A DNA stretch of 64,000 bases from Selaginella moellendorffii (Eukaryota > Plantae > Lycopodiophyta), in assembly GCF_000143415.4 (NCBI RefSeq), contig NW_003314309.1:186001-250000 (forward strand), given 5' to 3'. The notes under the pieces were generated by a model that saw only the letters and a list, made by a program, of their open reading frames with translations, did no database searches and had not been told where the DNA came from. Both the position numbers and the translations under genes were made by a program. Shown in pieces: positions 1 through 12,500 of the stretch (positions are counted from its first letter, which is position 1; each line of letters opens with the position of its first letter).

Positions 1-2484
1 GTTTTTCTAGATGCTACAATCGAATACTACTATAATCAAATGGAGATATAAACTATGAAATACTTGAGCAAATTAGCACTAAAATATTATGCATATAAAA
101 ACTCTTTTTTAATAGCAGACCTTCAGCTATAAATCTTCAAGTTTTACTTTTTGTCTTACCAAAGATTTTAAAACCCTTAAATAACACTCAATAAAAAATA
201 TATCTCAGCTAGTTCCAGGACCAACCATCTTTAACTCATCACTTAATTATACTAATAAATGAACTTGTGTTGTCATAGCTGTTGTAAATAATGTTGCTTC
301 CAATAAACACACATAAATAATAGACTTTTCTTTCATAATAAATTTCAAAGATCTATCTACTTCTTGAGCAGTTTAAAATCTAATTAAAATTAAAATTAAT
401 TGAATTAAAAAAATTAAATCAATTATTACCATACAACTTCTCCAAGAAAATATATTACTTCCCATAATTGAGGTGTTGTGTTTTTCATTATAACAATGAG
501 ATAAAAATTGTACAAAATATGTTAATTTACGTTTTAGTAAATTTAGAAACTTATTTATAGTAAATGAAGCCAATTGTTTTCATACCTATTAAATTACCTT
601 TCTCATCGACACAATTTGAAAATTGAGTTCCATATGTTTTAAGCACTTTAAAAGCCTCTATATTATCAATAAATAATTTATTTTAATAACTTGTTAATGT
701 CAAAATTCCATGATTAATTTTTCCATCACATCACAACCATATGTTTTACATTATTCTGCACATAACTAAGTCTAAACTAAATTTAGAAACTTACTCATAG
801 TAAATGAAGCCAATTGTTTTCATACCTATTAAATTACCTTTCTCATTGACACAATTTGAAAATTCAGTTCCATATATTGTAAGCACTTTAAAAGCCTTTA
901 TATTATAAATAAATAATTTATTTTGATAACTTGTTAATGTCCAAGTTCTATGATCAATTTTTCCATCACTTCACAACCGCATATTTTACCTTATTCTATA
1001 CACAACTAAGTCTTTTCTATTACTTAATTCATCATTTTTACCAGTAATAGTTTTATATATAGTTTCAAAAAAATTCTTAAATATATGCATGTAATCCTTT
1101 AAAAATGCTACTGGAAACTTATAAAAATATAGAAGTTGATAAAATGTGAATATAACCATTTCATACCATTAGGTAACGATATTTGATCTTCTTGTTTAAC
1201 CAAATAATAATATGTTGCCTAACGTTTTGGAGTCATCTGTCCTAGTATTGGTCAAATATAATTATGACCATTAAATAAACTAATTAAAATTAAATTTTAT
1301 TTTATGTTTTAGAAATAATAACTAAAATCTTACATTCTATTAGTAGACCTAAATGGATGATCCATAGGTAAGAAACACCAATATCCAATATATATATGCA
1401 TTTTTATAAATTTCATGACTATATTCCAAGGATCTAGGTCCACAGTTTAGGTAAAAGTATTTTCCTATTAATTTGAACTCCTGAATAAAATCATAATCCA
1501 AGAAAATTATGAATAAACTATCACATTGCTTCTCTAAGCTTAAAAAACTGTTAACCTTCTAACTTATAATTATCTTTGCATGGCACTCCATCCCATAATT
1601 GTTTCAACTCTTCCAAAAATAATGACCAATAAATATTAGGTACCTTAGGGAGTTTTTAATCTAATATCTGGTATAATCATAATAAGAAATATAAATTAAT
1701 TGCTAGAGTTGGTGGTATATTATTATTAATTGCAAAAATTGCCTAACATGAATATATTTTTGCCATTAATTTTGTTGGAGAAAGATCATTTTCAGCCATA
1801 GTAAAATGTATATTTTTTGGATCTACTGCAAAATTTGGGTAATCATCTTTGAGTTTTTTTTAAATTGAACCATCTGCAGGCATTCTCATTATTCCATTAG
1901 TGGACTGATGATCAAATGATAAATGATGTATTGTGTTATTTCTCTACATTGAAATTATTATTGAAGTCAAGGTATAATAGAGAAATAGTCCATTATTTTC
2001 TTAGGTATATAATTGTTAAAATCTGTGTGCTTGTTAGCAATAGAAATTTGACAAAATTAAAGGTCCATATTCTCCTTATGAAATAACATAAAATCATTGA
2101 TGCATAAATCAATCTTTTTATAGGTAAGTCCATTATGTTTAGTGATATTTACCACTTCCTTAAATATATTTGAAAATTTTTATTTGTAGGCAACATTTTA
2201 GTCACAGTTTAAAAGTTGTAAATTGCAGCTCTAATTAGCAACATATATGAGCTTATCTAGCTTTAAAGAATATGTTACTGCAAATTATTATTTATATTTT
2301 AGTTGTAAAGGACAACTATAATTTCCAACTTAAATTTGAGTAACTATAAAGCTATCACAAATTACAACTTAAATTTTGTAACTAAAGCCAATTTGCTACT
2401 AACATTTAAGTTGAGTTGATTACAACTTAAATTTCCAACGAACACAAAAATTTCGTTGGAAAAACATATCATTATAATGCTTTT
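1..2484 (-). mobile_element. Decayed CACTA/En-Spm transposon (Tnp2-type transposase remnant), unit 1
   Basis: Minus strand keeps Transposase_21-like words (PADGS, FAVDP, QLWDGVPC) amid many stops. It has CAACTTAAATTT subterminal repeats and is homologous to 24181-27144, which ends in a CACTA TIR. Confidence 0.75.
537..1012. repeat. 240-bp tandem duplication within the CACTA remnant
   Basis: Sequence at 541 (atttagaaactta...) recurs at 781. Units 2 and 3 have a single copy. Confidence 0.85.
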
Positions 2485-2497
2485 ACGGACTGGCAGA

Positions 2498-2766
2498 AGT
2501 CAAGTCTAAGTCTTGACCTGTCGAAGTCCACATTCTATCCACTGTGGCCAAAAAATCACCACAAAAAAAAATTGTGCAAAAATCTATGTTATGTAATATA
2601 GTTGATAGCCCAGTATACCAATGGCAAATCCCAAGTCCCCCACTTTATTGACTAGCAAGGCTTTTATCAAGGCCCTTTGCTAGTCAATAAAGTCAATAAA
2701 GTATTTTTACAATGGTAAATCCCAAGTCCCCCACTTTATTGACTACCTCAATTGACTCGAAGTCAA
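2498..2766 (+). promoter_or_regulatory. Cluster of 8 W-boxes (TTGACY/RGTCAA) upstream of RLP-1
   Basis: Sites at 2498, 2513, 2648, 2682, 2691, 2739, 2752 and 2761. Includes an inverted repeat at 2643-2692 and a ~36-bp direct duplication. Confidence 0.65.
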
Positions 2767-2867
2767 GTGTGCCAAGAATTGATTAGCAAATGTGCGTGTA
2801 AACTCTTACAAAAAAAAAGAAGAACCTCAGCTTTCATGATAGCGTTCACTCTTTGATGTTCTGATCC

Positions 2868-5009
2868 ATGGCCATGTCTCTCGCGGATTTGCTGCTGCCT
2901 TTGTTTCTACTCGTCTTTCTCACAAGATCCCGGTCACAGTGCCCCACAAATCCATCCGCAATCGTGAACGACACACAGGTTCTTCTCTCTCTCCGTGACA
3001 GGCTTGGCATCAAAGTGTGGAACGAGACTGCCAATCCAAGAGCATGGCGGGGAGTGGAGTGGAGCTCGGACAACCAAGTGGAGGGCCTCGCTCTGTCCAG
3101 GTTTAATCTCTCGGGAGTTTTTCCTGCCACCTGGGCCGAGCTTCCATCGCTGGCTCGCCTGGACCTCTCGCAAAACGGCCTCTCCTCGCTGGAAGTCCCT
3201 TGCAAAAATACGCAGCTCAACCTCCTCAACTTGAGCTCCAATTCCCTGCAAGAGTTCCCCGGAAATCTCTCCAGCCTCGAGAGTTTGGAAAGCCTGGACC
3301 TCAGTGGGAACTTCTTAACAGTGGCCGGACTCCCAAAGTTTAGCTTGACGCTGCGATCGCTCAACCTGTCCATCAACAACTTAACTGGGAGCTTTTCCAT
3401 TGGTGGTAACCTGGGACTGGAGGCACTGGAACTCTCGCACAACGGACTCAGCGGCTCCATTCCAGAAACTTTCGGGGAGATGACGAACTTGACGCGCCTG
3501 GACATATCGTATAACAGGTTTAGAGGAGATCTACCCGATATTTGGAGCAAGAACTTGGAGCTCAGGTACATGCGTATCTCCAAAAATTCGCTCCAGGGTG
3601 GTTTGCCACCGAGCTTGAGAAGGCTACGCAAGCTCTCGGAATTACGCGCTGCATACAACTGTCTCTCCGGGCCACTGGAGCTGGAAGATGGCGACTTTGC
3701 AAGCATCGAGGTTTTGAACCTCGGGCTAAACGGGTTTAGCGGAACGATCCCGGCTACGCTGGGAGGCTTGAGGAACTTGAAGATCCTGGATCTCAGGGGG
3801 AATCGTTTTAGTGGCGCCATCCCAGGCGAGCTCTCGAAGCTCTCGCATCTCCAGCTGCTGGTTCTCACGGGGAATCGTTTTAGTGGTGCCATACCTCCGG
3901 AGCTTGGAAACTGTTCGAACATCAGAGGGATACGCCTCGACAGCAATTACTTGACTGGAACAATCCCAGGCGAGCTCTCGAAGCTCTCACATCTCCAGCA
4001 ACTAGTTCTCAGCAGCAACGACATCGGCGGGGAGCTCCCTTCCGGACTCTCCAACTGCACCGTGCTCGTCGTTCTCTGGCTGGGAAAGAACAAGTTCTCT
4101 GGAAATCTCCCTGAGAGCTTCGGGGATTTGAGCCGCCTGCTCATTCTGGAGCTTTCCAGCAACGATCTTGTCGGTTCAATCCCGGCCATGTTGCAAAACA
4201 TGTCGGCTCTGCAGTTCCTCATCCTCGAAAACAACAGATTCAGTGGCTCCATACCGGACTGGCTTCCCAGGCTCACGAACTTACGAGCCATGGACTTCTC
4301 GGTTAACAGGTTCTCTGGGGAGATGCCGGAAAGCATTGGCCGACTGTTTGCCAACGTCCAGCTTTACAACAAGAGCAAACGGCATATGATGATTCAAACC
4401 GGAGGACTCGTCTACAACGGCTTCGCCTTCCCGACCTTCATAGACTTCTCCTTCAACCAGCTGACTGGAAGCATTCCAGCCGCCATTGGCGACCTCTACA
4501 AGCTCCAGGTGCTGGACCTGAGACACAACCAGCTAACAGGTCCCATTCCCGAGTCCCTGGGGAAGGCAAGGAATCTCTCCAAGGTGTGGCTCGCGGGGAA
4601 TCGTCTCAATGGCTCCATACCATCGTCCGTGGTGGACCTCTCGTTTCTCACCATCTTCGACGTCTCCAACAACAGCCTGGTGGGACGGATACCTGACAGC
4701 CCGCAACTCTCGCCCATGGACGCGGCTCTCTTCGCTGGGAATCAGCTCTGTGGCTTGCCACTGACCAACACCTGTTCGAGCACTGCTATGCTGCCACATA
4801 AGCTTAGAACAGAGGGACAAGGTGGTAGCGAACAGGACCAAACAGAGGTGATAACACTTGTCAGCGTTGCGATCTTCGTGGCAGCCTTCTTCAACGCGTT
4901 CTTCTGGACCTACTTTGCGGCAAACCACAGAGCTCATTCCCATGCTGGCAATCAAATCTCTAGCTCGTCCACCATGTTGCTGCCGTCCTTTCTACCTTCC
5001 AGTTCGTAA
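2868..5009 (+). CDS. LRR receptor-like protein, copy 1 (713 aa, intronless)
   Basis: Signal peptide, plant-type LRRs (LxxLxLxxNxLxGxIP), island domain, FAGNQLCG cap, transmembrane helix, short tail, no kinase domain. Confidence 0.92.
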   Translation: MAMSLADLLLPLFLLVFLTRSRSQCPTNPSAIVNDTQVLLSLRDRLGIKVWNETANPRAWRGVEWSSDNQVEGLALSRFNLSGVFPATWAELPSLARLDLSQNGLSSLEVPCKNTQLNLLNLSSNSLQEFPGNLSSLESLESLDLSGNFLTVAGLPKFSLTLRSLNLSINNLTGSFSIGGNLGLEALELSHNGLSGSIPETFGEMTNLTRLDISYNRFRGDLPDIWSKNLELRYMRISKNSLQGGLPPSLRRLRKLSELRAAYNCLSGPLELEDGDFASIEVLNLGLNGFSGTIPATLGGLRNLKILDLRGNRFSGAIPGELSKLSHLQLLVLTGNRFSGAIPPELGNCSNIRGIRLDSNYLTGTIPGELSKLSHLQQLVLSSNDIGGELPSGLSNCTVLVVLWLGKNKFSGNLPESFGDLSRLLILELSSNDLVGSIPAMLQNMSALQFLILENNRFSGSIPDWLPRLTNLRAMDFSVNRFSGEMPESIGRLFANVQLYNKSKRHMMIQTGGLVYNGFAFPTFIDFSFNQLTGSIPAAIGDLYKLQVLDLRHNQLTGPIPESLGKARNLSKVWLAGNRLNGSIPSSVVDLSFLTIFDVSNNSLVGRIPDSPQLSPMDAALFAGNQLCGLPLTNTCSSTAMLPHKLRTEGQGGSEQDQTEVITLVSVAIFVAAFFNAFFWTYFAANHRAHSHAGNQISSSSTMLLPSFLPSSS

Positions 5010-5013
5010 TCCA

Positions 5014-6780
5014 TCACCATCGTGTGACCGCTTGATGAAGTGAACTCTTTTTATCCGCTTTCAAGGCCGCCTCCTGTATAGTCTTGAGCTTATCATGATC
5101 CTCCCACAGCCCCGCGCTCCGGTAGATGCTCGCCATCAGAACGTATGCAGCCGAGTCATTCTCGTCGATCTTCGTCAGTGCCTCGAACGCAATCCTCCCC
5201 ACTTCCACTTACGGCAGGCCCCGAAGACGCTCCTCCAAACCACAGCATCCGCTCTCAAAGGCATGCTCTCGAGGACTTTCAAGGCCTCTTCCAGTCGGTT
5301 ACGAGATCCACCAAGCTGCTGTAGTGATGAATCCCGCAAACAATGCCAGAGTCCGGGTCCATTGCCTGGAAAAACTCCCTGCCTCGTTCAACTATGCCGC
5401 CGTGGCTGCAAGCAGTGATGACCGAGACAAATGTGATTGCGTTTGCTCGCACGCCATCTTCTCGCATCTCGCGAAAGGCTTCGAACACGCGCGACGTGTC
5501 ACCCTGTTGGCCGAATCCCGTGACCAGTGCATTCCAGGCGACGATATCTCGGACTGCCAGAGATCCAAACAAGTGCTCGGCCGCACTCATAACTCCGCAC
5601 TTCCTGTAGAAGTTTACTCCCCACAACTTGATCGTCTTCCAGCCCACGCCTGTAAAGCTCAGCCTGGATTCCTTCCAGCTAGGCCGTAAGTGCTACAAGA
5701 GTCCGAGAGTTTGGAGCACAGTCCACTCCAAGAGTTCCAGCCCGAGCTCACTCTCACCGTTGTCTATATATCCCTGTATCGAGCTCGTCCAAACGACAAC
5801 GTCCCGGCTAGGCATGCGTTTGAAAACTGCTCGAGCTTTCACCATATCTCCACACTTGGCATACATGTCCACCAAGCTGCTCCCAGCGTCCAAACTTCGC
5901 GGCGAGAGAATGAATCTCCATCCCCTTTTCTAGGCTCTGGATTCGCACTAGCTTTCCATCTTCTCGCGGAACAGGTGGCTCGGACGCTGAAAGGTGGACG
6001 CAGGCCATGAGCGCAGCAACAAACGTTCTCTGGTCCGGATCGTTCTCCCGAGCCATGCCGAAGAACAGCTCCAAGGCCAGCTTGCTGTCTCCACTTACAT
6101 CGGCCAGCCATGCCATCGAAGACCCTGCGAGCTTCCTCTAGCTTCTCACACTTCGCGTACATATCGATCAGAGTGTTCCCCACGAACACGTTCTCACAGT
6201 ACCTGCTGTTTGAAGCTTCACCGTGGATAGCCACCTCGGTTTCCAATCTCTTTCTCTTCACGAGTTTGCCGTCGACATCCACCGCTTCTTCTCGCATTGA
6301 GAGGAAAACGTCTTCGCTGCAAGACGGTCCCATCTGCTTGGCTTGAGAATGGATGCCTCTGCCGGTCTCGAGACTAGCCTCCTTGACGAGCTTCCCATCG
6401 ACCAAAACAGCGTCTTCCTTCGCCGCGAGGCTGCTACAAGCCTTTGCCGCGTCCTGGAGTTTGGCTTGCATCCTCTCGAAGAGATCCAGAGCCACATCGC
6501 TCTCGCCATTGGAGACGTAGCCCAGCATCAAGGACATCACGTTTGGGTGAAGAATGCTGTCGAACACGCGGCGGGAATCCTCCATGCTGCCGCATTTCGC
6601 GTACATGTCTCCCCAGCTGCTTGTTCTCCGCCGCCTGGGCGTGGATCGCCCAGGCGTAAATTGCCCTAGCGCAAATCCCTTGTGACCTTCAACGCCGACA
6701 CCTGCTGATCGGGCGCCCGCGGCGGCGCTGAATGCTGGTGCGGCGCATCGAATCGCTGCGTCGCCAAGTCTCATCCATCG
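5014..6780 (-). pseudogene. PLS/E-class PPR pseudogene, unit 1
   Basis: LVDMYAKCG, RDVVVWTS, ITFVSVITACSHGG and AAYVLMASIY motifs are spread over several frames. It has an internal deletion relative to units 2 and 3. Confidence 0.85.
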
Positions 6781-6869
6781 CAAGAACCCTAAAAATTTGC
6801 TAGCAACATGGAAATCCAACCAAGGCCGTCGATTCAAGAATATCTGACGGTTGGAAATGAATCGGGGAC

Positions 6870-7295
6870 CATTAGCCTGGAAAAACCTACAATGTGCCTC
6901 AGCGCGCTCGCAATCCCAGGCTTGTAAGCCGGTGTCCATCTCCGGTCGCCCTCGAGTTAAGTCGATCGGAAACACCGCTGAAAACAGGAACTATGGCGAT
7001 CAAGCGTAATCGCTCTTAAGACTCTTACCTGTTGAGGCAGCGATTCCTGCTACTCCACCGGAGATCAAGCTCGTCACCATCCTACTCGGGCCTGAAAGTA
7101 ACCATGCAATGCCAGGAGGCCTAAGCATGTCAAAACTGTGTTTACCAATGCGATGGTGCTCTGTCTTTTCCAAAAATTTCTCAGGGAAACTAAAAAGAAA
7201 TCCAACTTTTAGCATTCCAGTAGTTGTAGAGAGTGTCATACAAGCAGAAGTTTATCGCAATCATTGGGCCTATGGCAGGAGTCAAGTCTGTTGCA
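6870..7295 (-). pseudogene. Mitochondrial carrier (SLC25/MCF) gene remnant with introns, unit 1
   Basis: Spliced reading gives IGPMIAINFCLYDTLYNYW ... SLISGGVAGIAAST|AVFPIDLTRGR, matching the Px[DE]xx[KR]x[KR] signature. GT-AG intron at about 6980-7030. Confidence 0.7.
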
Positions 7296-8679
7296 TTTGG
7301 CAGTGAGGAAAACAATACCAAAAGCGTCGGTCAGAGTTCCTTATAAAAGCTAAGAAAGCTCTCCTGTTGATGGATTGTTTTCCTCACTCCTTATAAAAGC
7401 TAAGAAAGCGTGTGATAGATGCGGACGCATGGCAACATCTACACGCAAAAGCACAAAAGTTGTCAAGGGAACAACCAACAACAAAGATCACAAAGCTCAA
7501 GGTGAGGAAATTTAGGAGAAGACTCAGGAACAAGATCCTGAACATGTAACCACCTTGAGGTTCCAAACTTACAGTCGTCAAACCGAAGTGTAATGTGAAC
7601 ATGATCCAGTAGGAGCAGTCTCTAGCATCTCCACCGCACACAGCAACACTAACACAACCAGCTCTCAACGCTGACACCGACAACATGCTGCATCACCGCA
7701 AACACCACAGTTGAGAGCATCCCGAGCAGGAGTGATGCTGCAAGCCTGAGCTTACACCAGATCTTAAGCTTGACATTTCTCCAGTTTGTGGACAAAATGC
7801 ACTGTTTCCAGCCAATGCTACAGATGTTGATACCAGCAGATTTTCCAAGGCTTTTCCACGACAAGCAGATGAACATTTTCATGTGAGACAGAGTCCAATC
7901 AACACCTTTGTCTACCAGCCCCTAGATGCAAAGCTCTCAAACATCCAAAACCATATTCTCCAGCACAAGAGGAGCATTCGAGGTACAGCTTTCTAGGGAT
8001 CTGTATGCGCAAAGACTTAGCACATGAACGAGGAACTCCCCAAGGAGAATACAGAACTTTGCAATGAAATCCAGCTGTAGAGATAGGGTGCACTACAATA
8101 GAAGAACAAGTTCAAGAATGAGCTCTTTGGAATCATAGCAGTAACAAAACAGCCTAATGCCATGGAGAAGTGAGAGCTTCAAGATGAAACTCAACTCAAT
8201 CGTGGAAGAAAAGTGGACCATAGAAAATCAACTTTATATTTAAAAACATCATCCTAAGTCTTGAGATTCAAACTTTGAGACTCAAGAATAGGAATGAGTG
8301 GCAGTTGCCCTATGTAAAACTAATTAAAGGGGTGAGTTAACACAAACTCTATCCCTTTCTTTTGTACTTTAGCCTTCTATTATTAATGCATATCCATATG
8401 CTCAAAATCTAGAGTACTCAAGTGATACTAACTTTATTTGCTCATAACTTCAACAAAAGCCTTCTTAGAGATTGAAGGACTTAAGTCATTCCTTTTTTAC
8501 TTTTTATGTGTTTATTTGTGTCTAGAGCAAAATGCAAAATCAAGTCAAACAAGTGTAGTAGCAAACATCCATTTTACTCTTACCTTTTTTTCTCTTTCAC
8601 TCTTATTTTCTTTTCCTCTTTCTTTCTTTTCTAGTACAAACTTTTAGCACACAGACTTTTACCCAAATTTCTAGGAATG

Positions 8680-9372
8680 GCTTATTCTGACCTTTAAAGT
8701 GATGATTGCAAAATATATGAACTTTCAACATTTAAATTGAGCGGAATATTTGGTATCTCTTTGATATATATATATATATAAAATTCCATTGGTGCTTCAC
8801 CATATTAACTCTTATATGGTTATTATTTGATACTGCCAACAAAGTTAAGTTTACCTTTGTGATTGTTATAAACTACTGATGCTAGGTTTTGGGATCAATA
8901 TTTGTTGAGCATTCTTCCATTTATTTGAGTGGAGTTTATTGAGCATTTAGGCTATATATAAGTGGGATAATAACAACACAACAACTTCCATCATTATCCA
9001 TCAGTGAAATACAAAGTGGATGACTTGGTAATAACTCATTTTCCTTATGTTACAATATATGGTTTGTCTAAGGGGCTCCTTATTCAGTGGAACAAACCAT
9101 ATTAAATATTGTGGTAAGTTAAACTACACATTTATAAGGTTTGGTAAAATATTCAACAAACCAATCCTTTAGAAATTATATATATGCAATAACTTAAACG
9201 CTTTGTATAAAGGGATCAGGCACCATCTACAGATCCACCAATGCCTCCTCTTGATGTTCCTCTAAATCCTAGCCTGTCAACCTGAAAACCTTAACTACCT
9301 TTCATCCTTCTAAAAACATAATGTGAGGTCTAAGTGTATAATTATGATGTTGTATATAAATATTAGTATAGT
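8680..9372 (+). mobile_element. Decayed Ty3/gypsy integrase C-terminus plus LTR start (same family as 9545-14400)
   Basis: SIGASPY.LLYG matches the integrase at 10021-10473 and 61349-62074. tgtgaggtctaagtgtat at ~9322 resembles the LTR start. Confidence 0.75.
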
Positions 9373-9544
9373 GGTATTTTGATAGTCATAAGATTGACTA
9401 CAGATTTTTGATAATTCATACAAAGCTAAACCTTAATTAAATTGTATAAAAAACTTCACATTGATGTTAATCATATTAGTCAAACAACAGTACTTAAGTA
9501 ATCTAATTTAACAAAATTTAATTAATTTATACACTATCATTAGT

Positions 9545-12500
9545 TGTGAGTGCTTGGAATATGGAAAGGGAATACAGAAAATGTGCATCTCAATTAGCCC
9601 AAATACCCTAGCTTATATACAAGAGCGAGTGGTCCAGATTGAAACCAATCCGACGGCTACTAAAATTCTACTACGCTAATATTAGTATACAGCATCGTAG
9701 CCATACACTTGGCCCTCACATCATCCCCTCCTCTCGGAATAATGGAAGACCATCAGGGTTCTCTTGTAGACGGGCCGGGATTGGGAGGAACGTTAGAAGG
9801 AGGCATACTTGCCGCAACACTCGATATAGTCCTTTCCACTGCGCAAGGAGCCCCTTAGATAAACCACATACCGTAAGATGGGGAAAACAGACTAACACCA
9901 AATCATCCACTTTGTACTCTGCAAGTGGACGATGATGGGAGTTATAGTGCCATTGTTGTCCCATTTGTACGTGGCCTAAGTGTGTGGCAAATTTAGCTCG
10001 GACAAGTGGAAGAATGCTCGTTAAATATTGATCCCACGACCAAGCATCGGCAGCTCATGGCAAGGTAAACCCAACTCCATTGGTAATATTGGATCATAAC
10101 CATATAAAAGTTTATATGGTGAAGCACCAATAGAACTCTGCACCCCCGTGACATATGCATACCGAAGAGACGGCAAATAACTATCCCAATCCGAATGCTG
10201 AAAGTTCATATACTTCGTAATCATCCTTTTGAATGTCTGAATGAGCCGTTCCACCAGACTGTCTAATTGTGGATGATAAGCACTTGTGAAAGTGTGGCGT
10301 ATCCCCAACCGAGACGTCAAAACATGAAATGCCTTAGCCACAAATGCGGGACCATTATCCGAAAGAATTTGCTTTGGACAAGAATGCTGGAACACCACTC
10401 GATTGAGGAGGAAGTATCCAACAGTAGTTGCAAAGGTGCTAGCAAGAGCACCAACTTCCACCCAACGAGTCAAGTAGTCAGAAACAATAATAACATACTC
10501 ATTGCTAACAATCGATTGTGGAAAGGTCTTATAAGATCAAATGCTACTAACTCAAATGGACGGGAAATTACAATTGACTCCAACCGTCCTTTGGCAACAC
10601 GAGGAGGAGTATTACGAGCTTGGCACCAAATGCAACTATGCACATATCGAATAATATCATGTCGCATCTCCGGCCAATAGAAAGACCTGTGCAGCTTCTT
10701 GGTTACACGACGATGTCCCATATGCCCACCTAGAATAGGAGAATCATGGTAGGCATGGAAAAACTGCGAAATAAAGACAGAAGACACCACCAGCCATAAA
10801 TGATTATCAAGATCCGTCCCCACAAAATAAAGAAGGCCGTCTCTTCAAGGCAATATTGAGAATGTAAATGCCAAAAAGGCAAATCATTAGCAAGTGATGC
10901 AGGATTCTCAAACCCATCTCGAATCTTTCGAATCCATGGCTCAATCTTTTGAGCATTGCAAACCTCATCAAGAGAAAGTAAATTTTGCTTTGCACCTTGT
11001 AGACATTGAACGTCAAGTATAACAACTGCCGATGGCAATGAATCCTCGTCTAAAAAATCCACAGATGTAGGAACAACAGGTTCGTCAAAAATATGAGAAG
11101 AGAGTGGAAAAGGAAGAGGAGTTCGAGAAAGGATATCAGCATTAGCCATAGAACTCCCTGGGTGATGAATAACATCAAAATCAGTTATTTGAAGCTTCAA
11201 AGCCCATCGAGCAATACGACCAACCAGGTTCTTCCACTTCAATAATGAAGTAATAGCAGCATGGTCACCTTCAAGTAACGTCCGAGAACTATGTAGATAT
11301 GCATGAAGTTTCTTGAAACCCCAGACTATTGCTAAATACTCCTTCTTTGTTGTGGAGTAGTTTATCTCCGCTGGTTGTAATGTACGGCTTATATATGCAA
11401 TGGGATGGTGCTGACTAGGCACATTCGAGCTCTCTTGCATCAATACACCTCCAAGACCAATGTCAAAAGCATCCACACGCAAAATAAAAGGTTGAGTGTA
11501 GTCAGGATATGCCAAAATCGGAAGAGTTGTTAATAGCTCTTTGAGATCCACGAACACCCACTCACAATTCGGAGACCAGATGAAAGATGACGCTGATGAC
11601 TTCAGCAACACTCGCAACAGTGCAATACAATCAGAAAGATGATCCACAAAACAACCAAGATACTGCACCTTGCCCAAGAAGCACTGCACATCATTCATAC
11701 ACTTCGGAGTAAGGAACTTTAGAATAGCCACAAGTTTGTCAGGATCAACTTGCAAACCCTTACGAAAAACACGGTACCCAAGATAAATTGTGTTTTTGGA
11801 CCCAAACACGCACTTCGACCGCTTCAGCTTTAAACCAACATCGCGTAGCCGATCCAACACTTTACAAACATCATGAATGTGCTCCTCCCACGTCCCCTCC
11901 AAATGGATCAAGACATCATCAATGAAGTCAGTAGTCACCTCTGGCATATCGCAAAGAACCTTGTCCGTTATCCGCTGAAAAGTTACTGAAGCATTGTTCA
12001 AACCAAATAGCATCACTAAGAACTTGTACAAACCAAATAGTATACAAAAAGTAGTCTTAGGAATATCTTCTTCGGCCATCGGTACTTGCCAGTACCCAGA
12101 AGTAAGATCTAGCTTGTTGAATCAACGACTTTGCCCCAAGCAATCCAAGAGATCAGTAGTGTGATGAAGAGGGTACACATCTAGGATCATCACTTTGTTT
12201 AACAAACGATACTCGATGTAGAAACGAATACTCCCATCAGACTTCGTCACAAAATGAGGTTCATATGCCCAAGGACTCCACGACTTCCGAATAACACCCT
12301 TTTCCAACATCTTTTTGACGTTTGCACGTAAAATCTTGATCTCCTTGGGTGACTGACAACAAACAAAAACCTTGATTCAATGAGCATCCTCGGTTGGAAT
12401 CGAATGACATGTGGCAATCTTAGCCTTAGATGATAGGTCAAATTCAAAGAGATCAGAATACTCCTTTATGAGCTGGTCAACTGCTGCAACACAAAGATTG

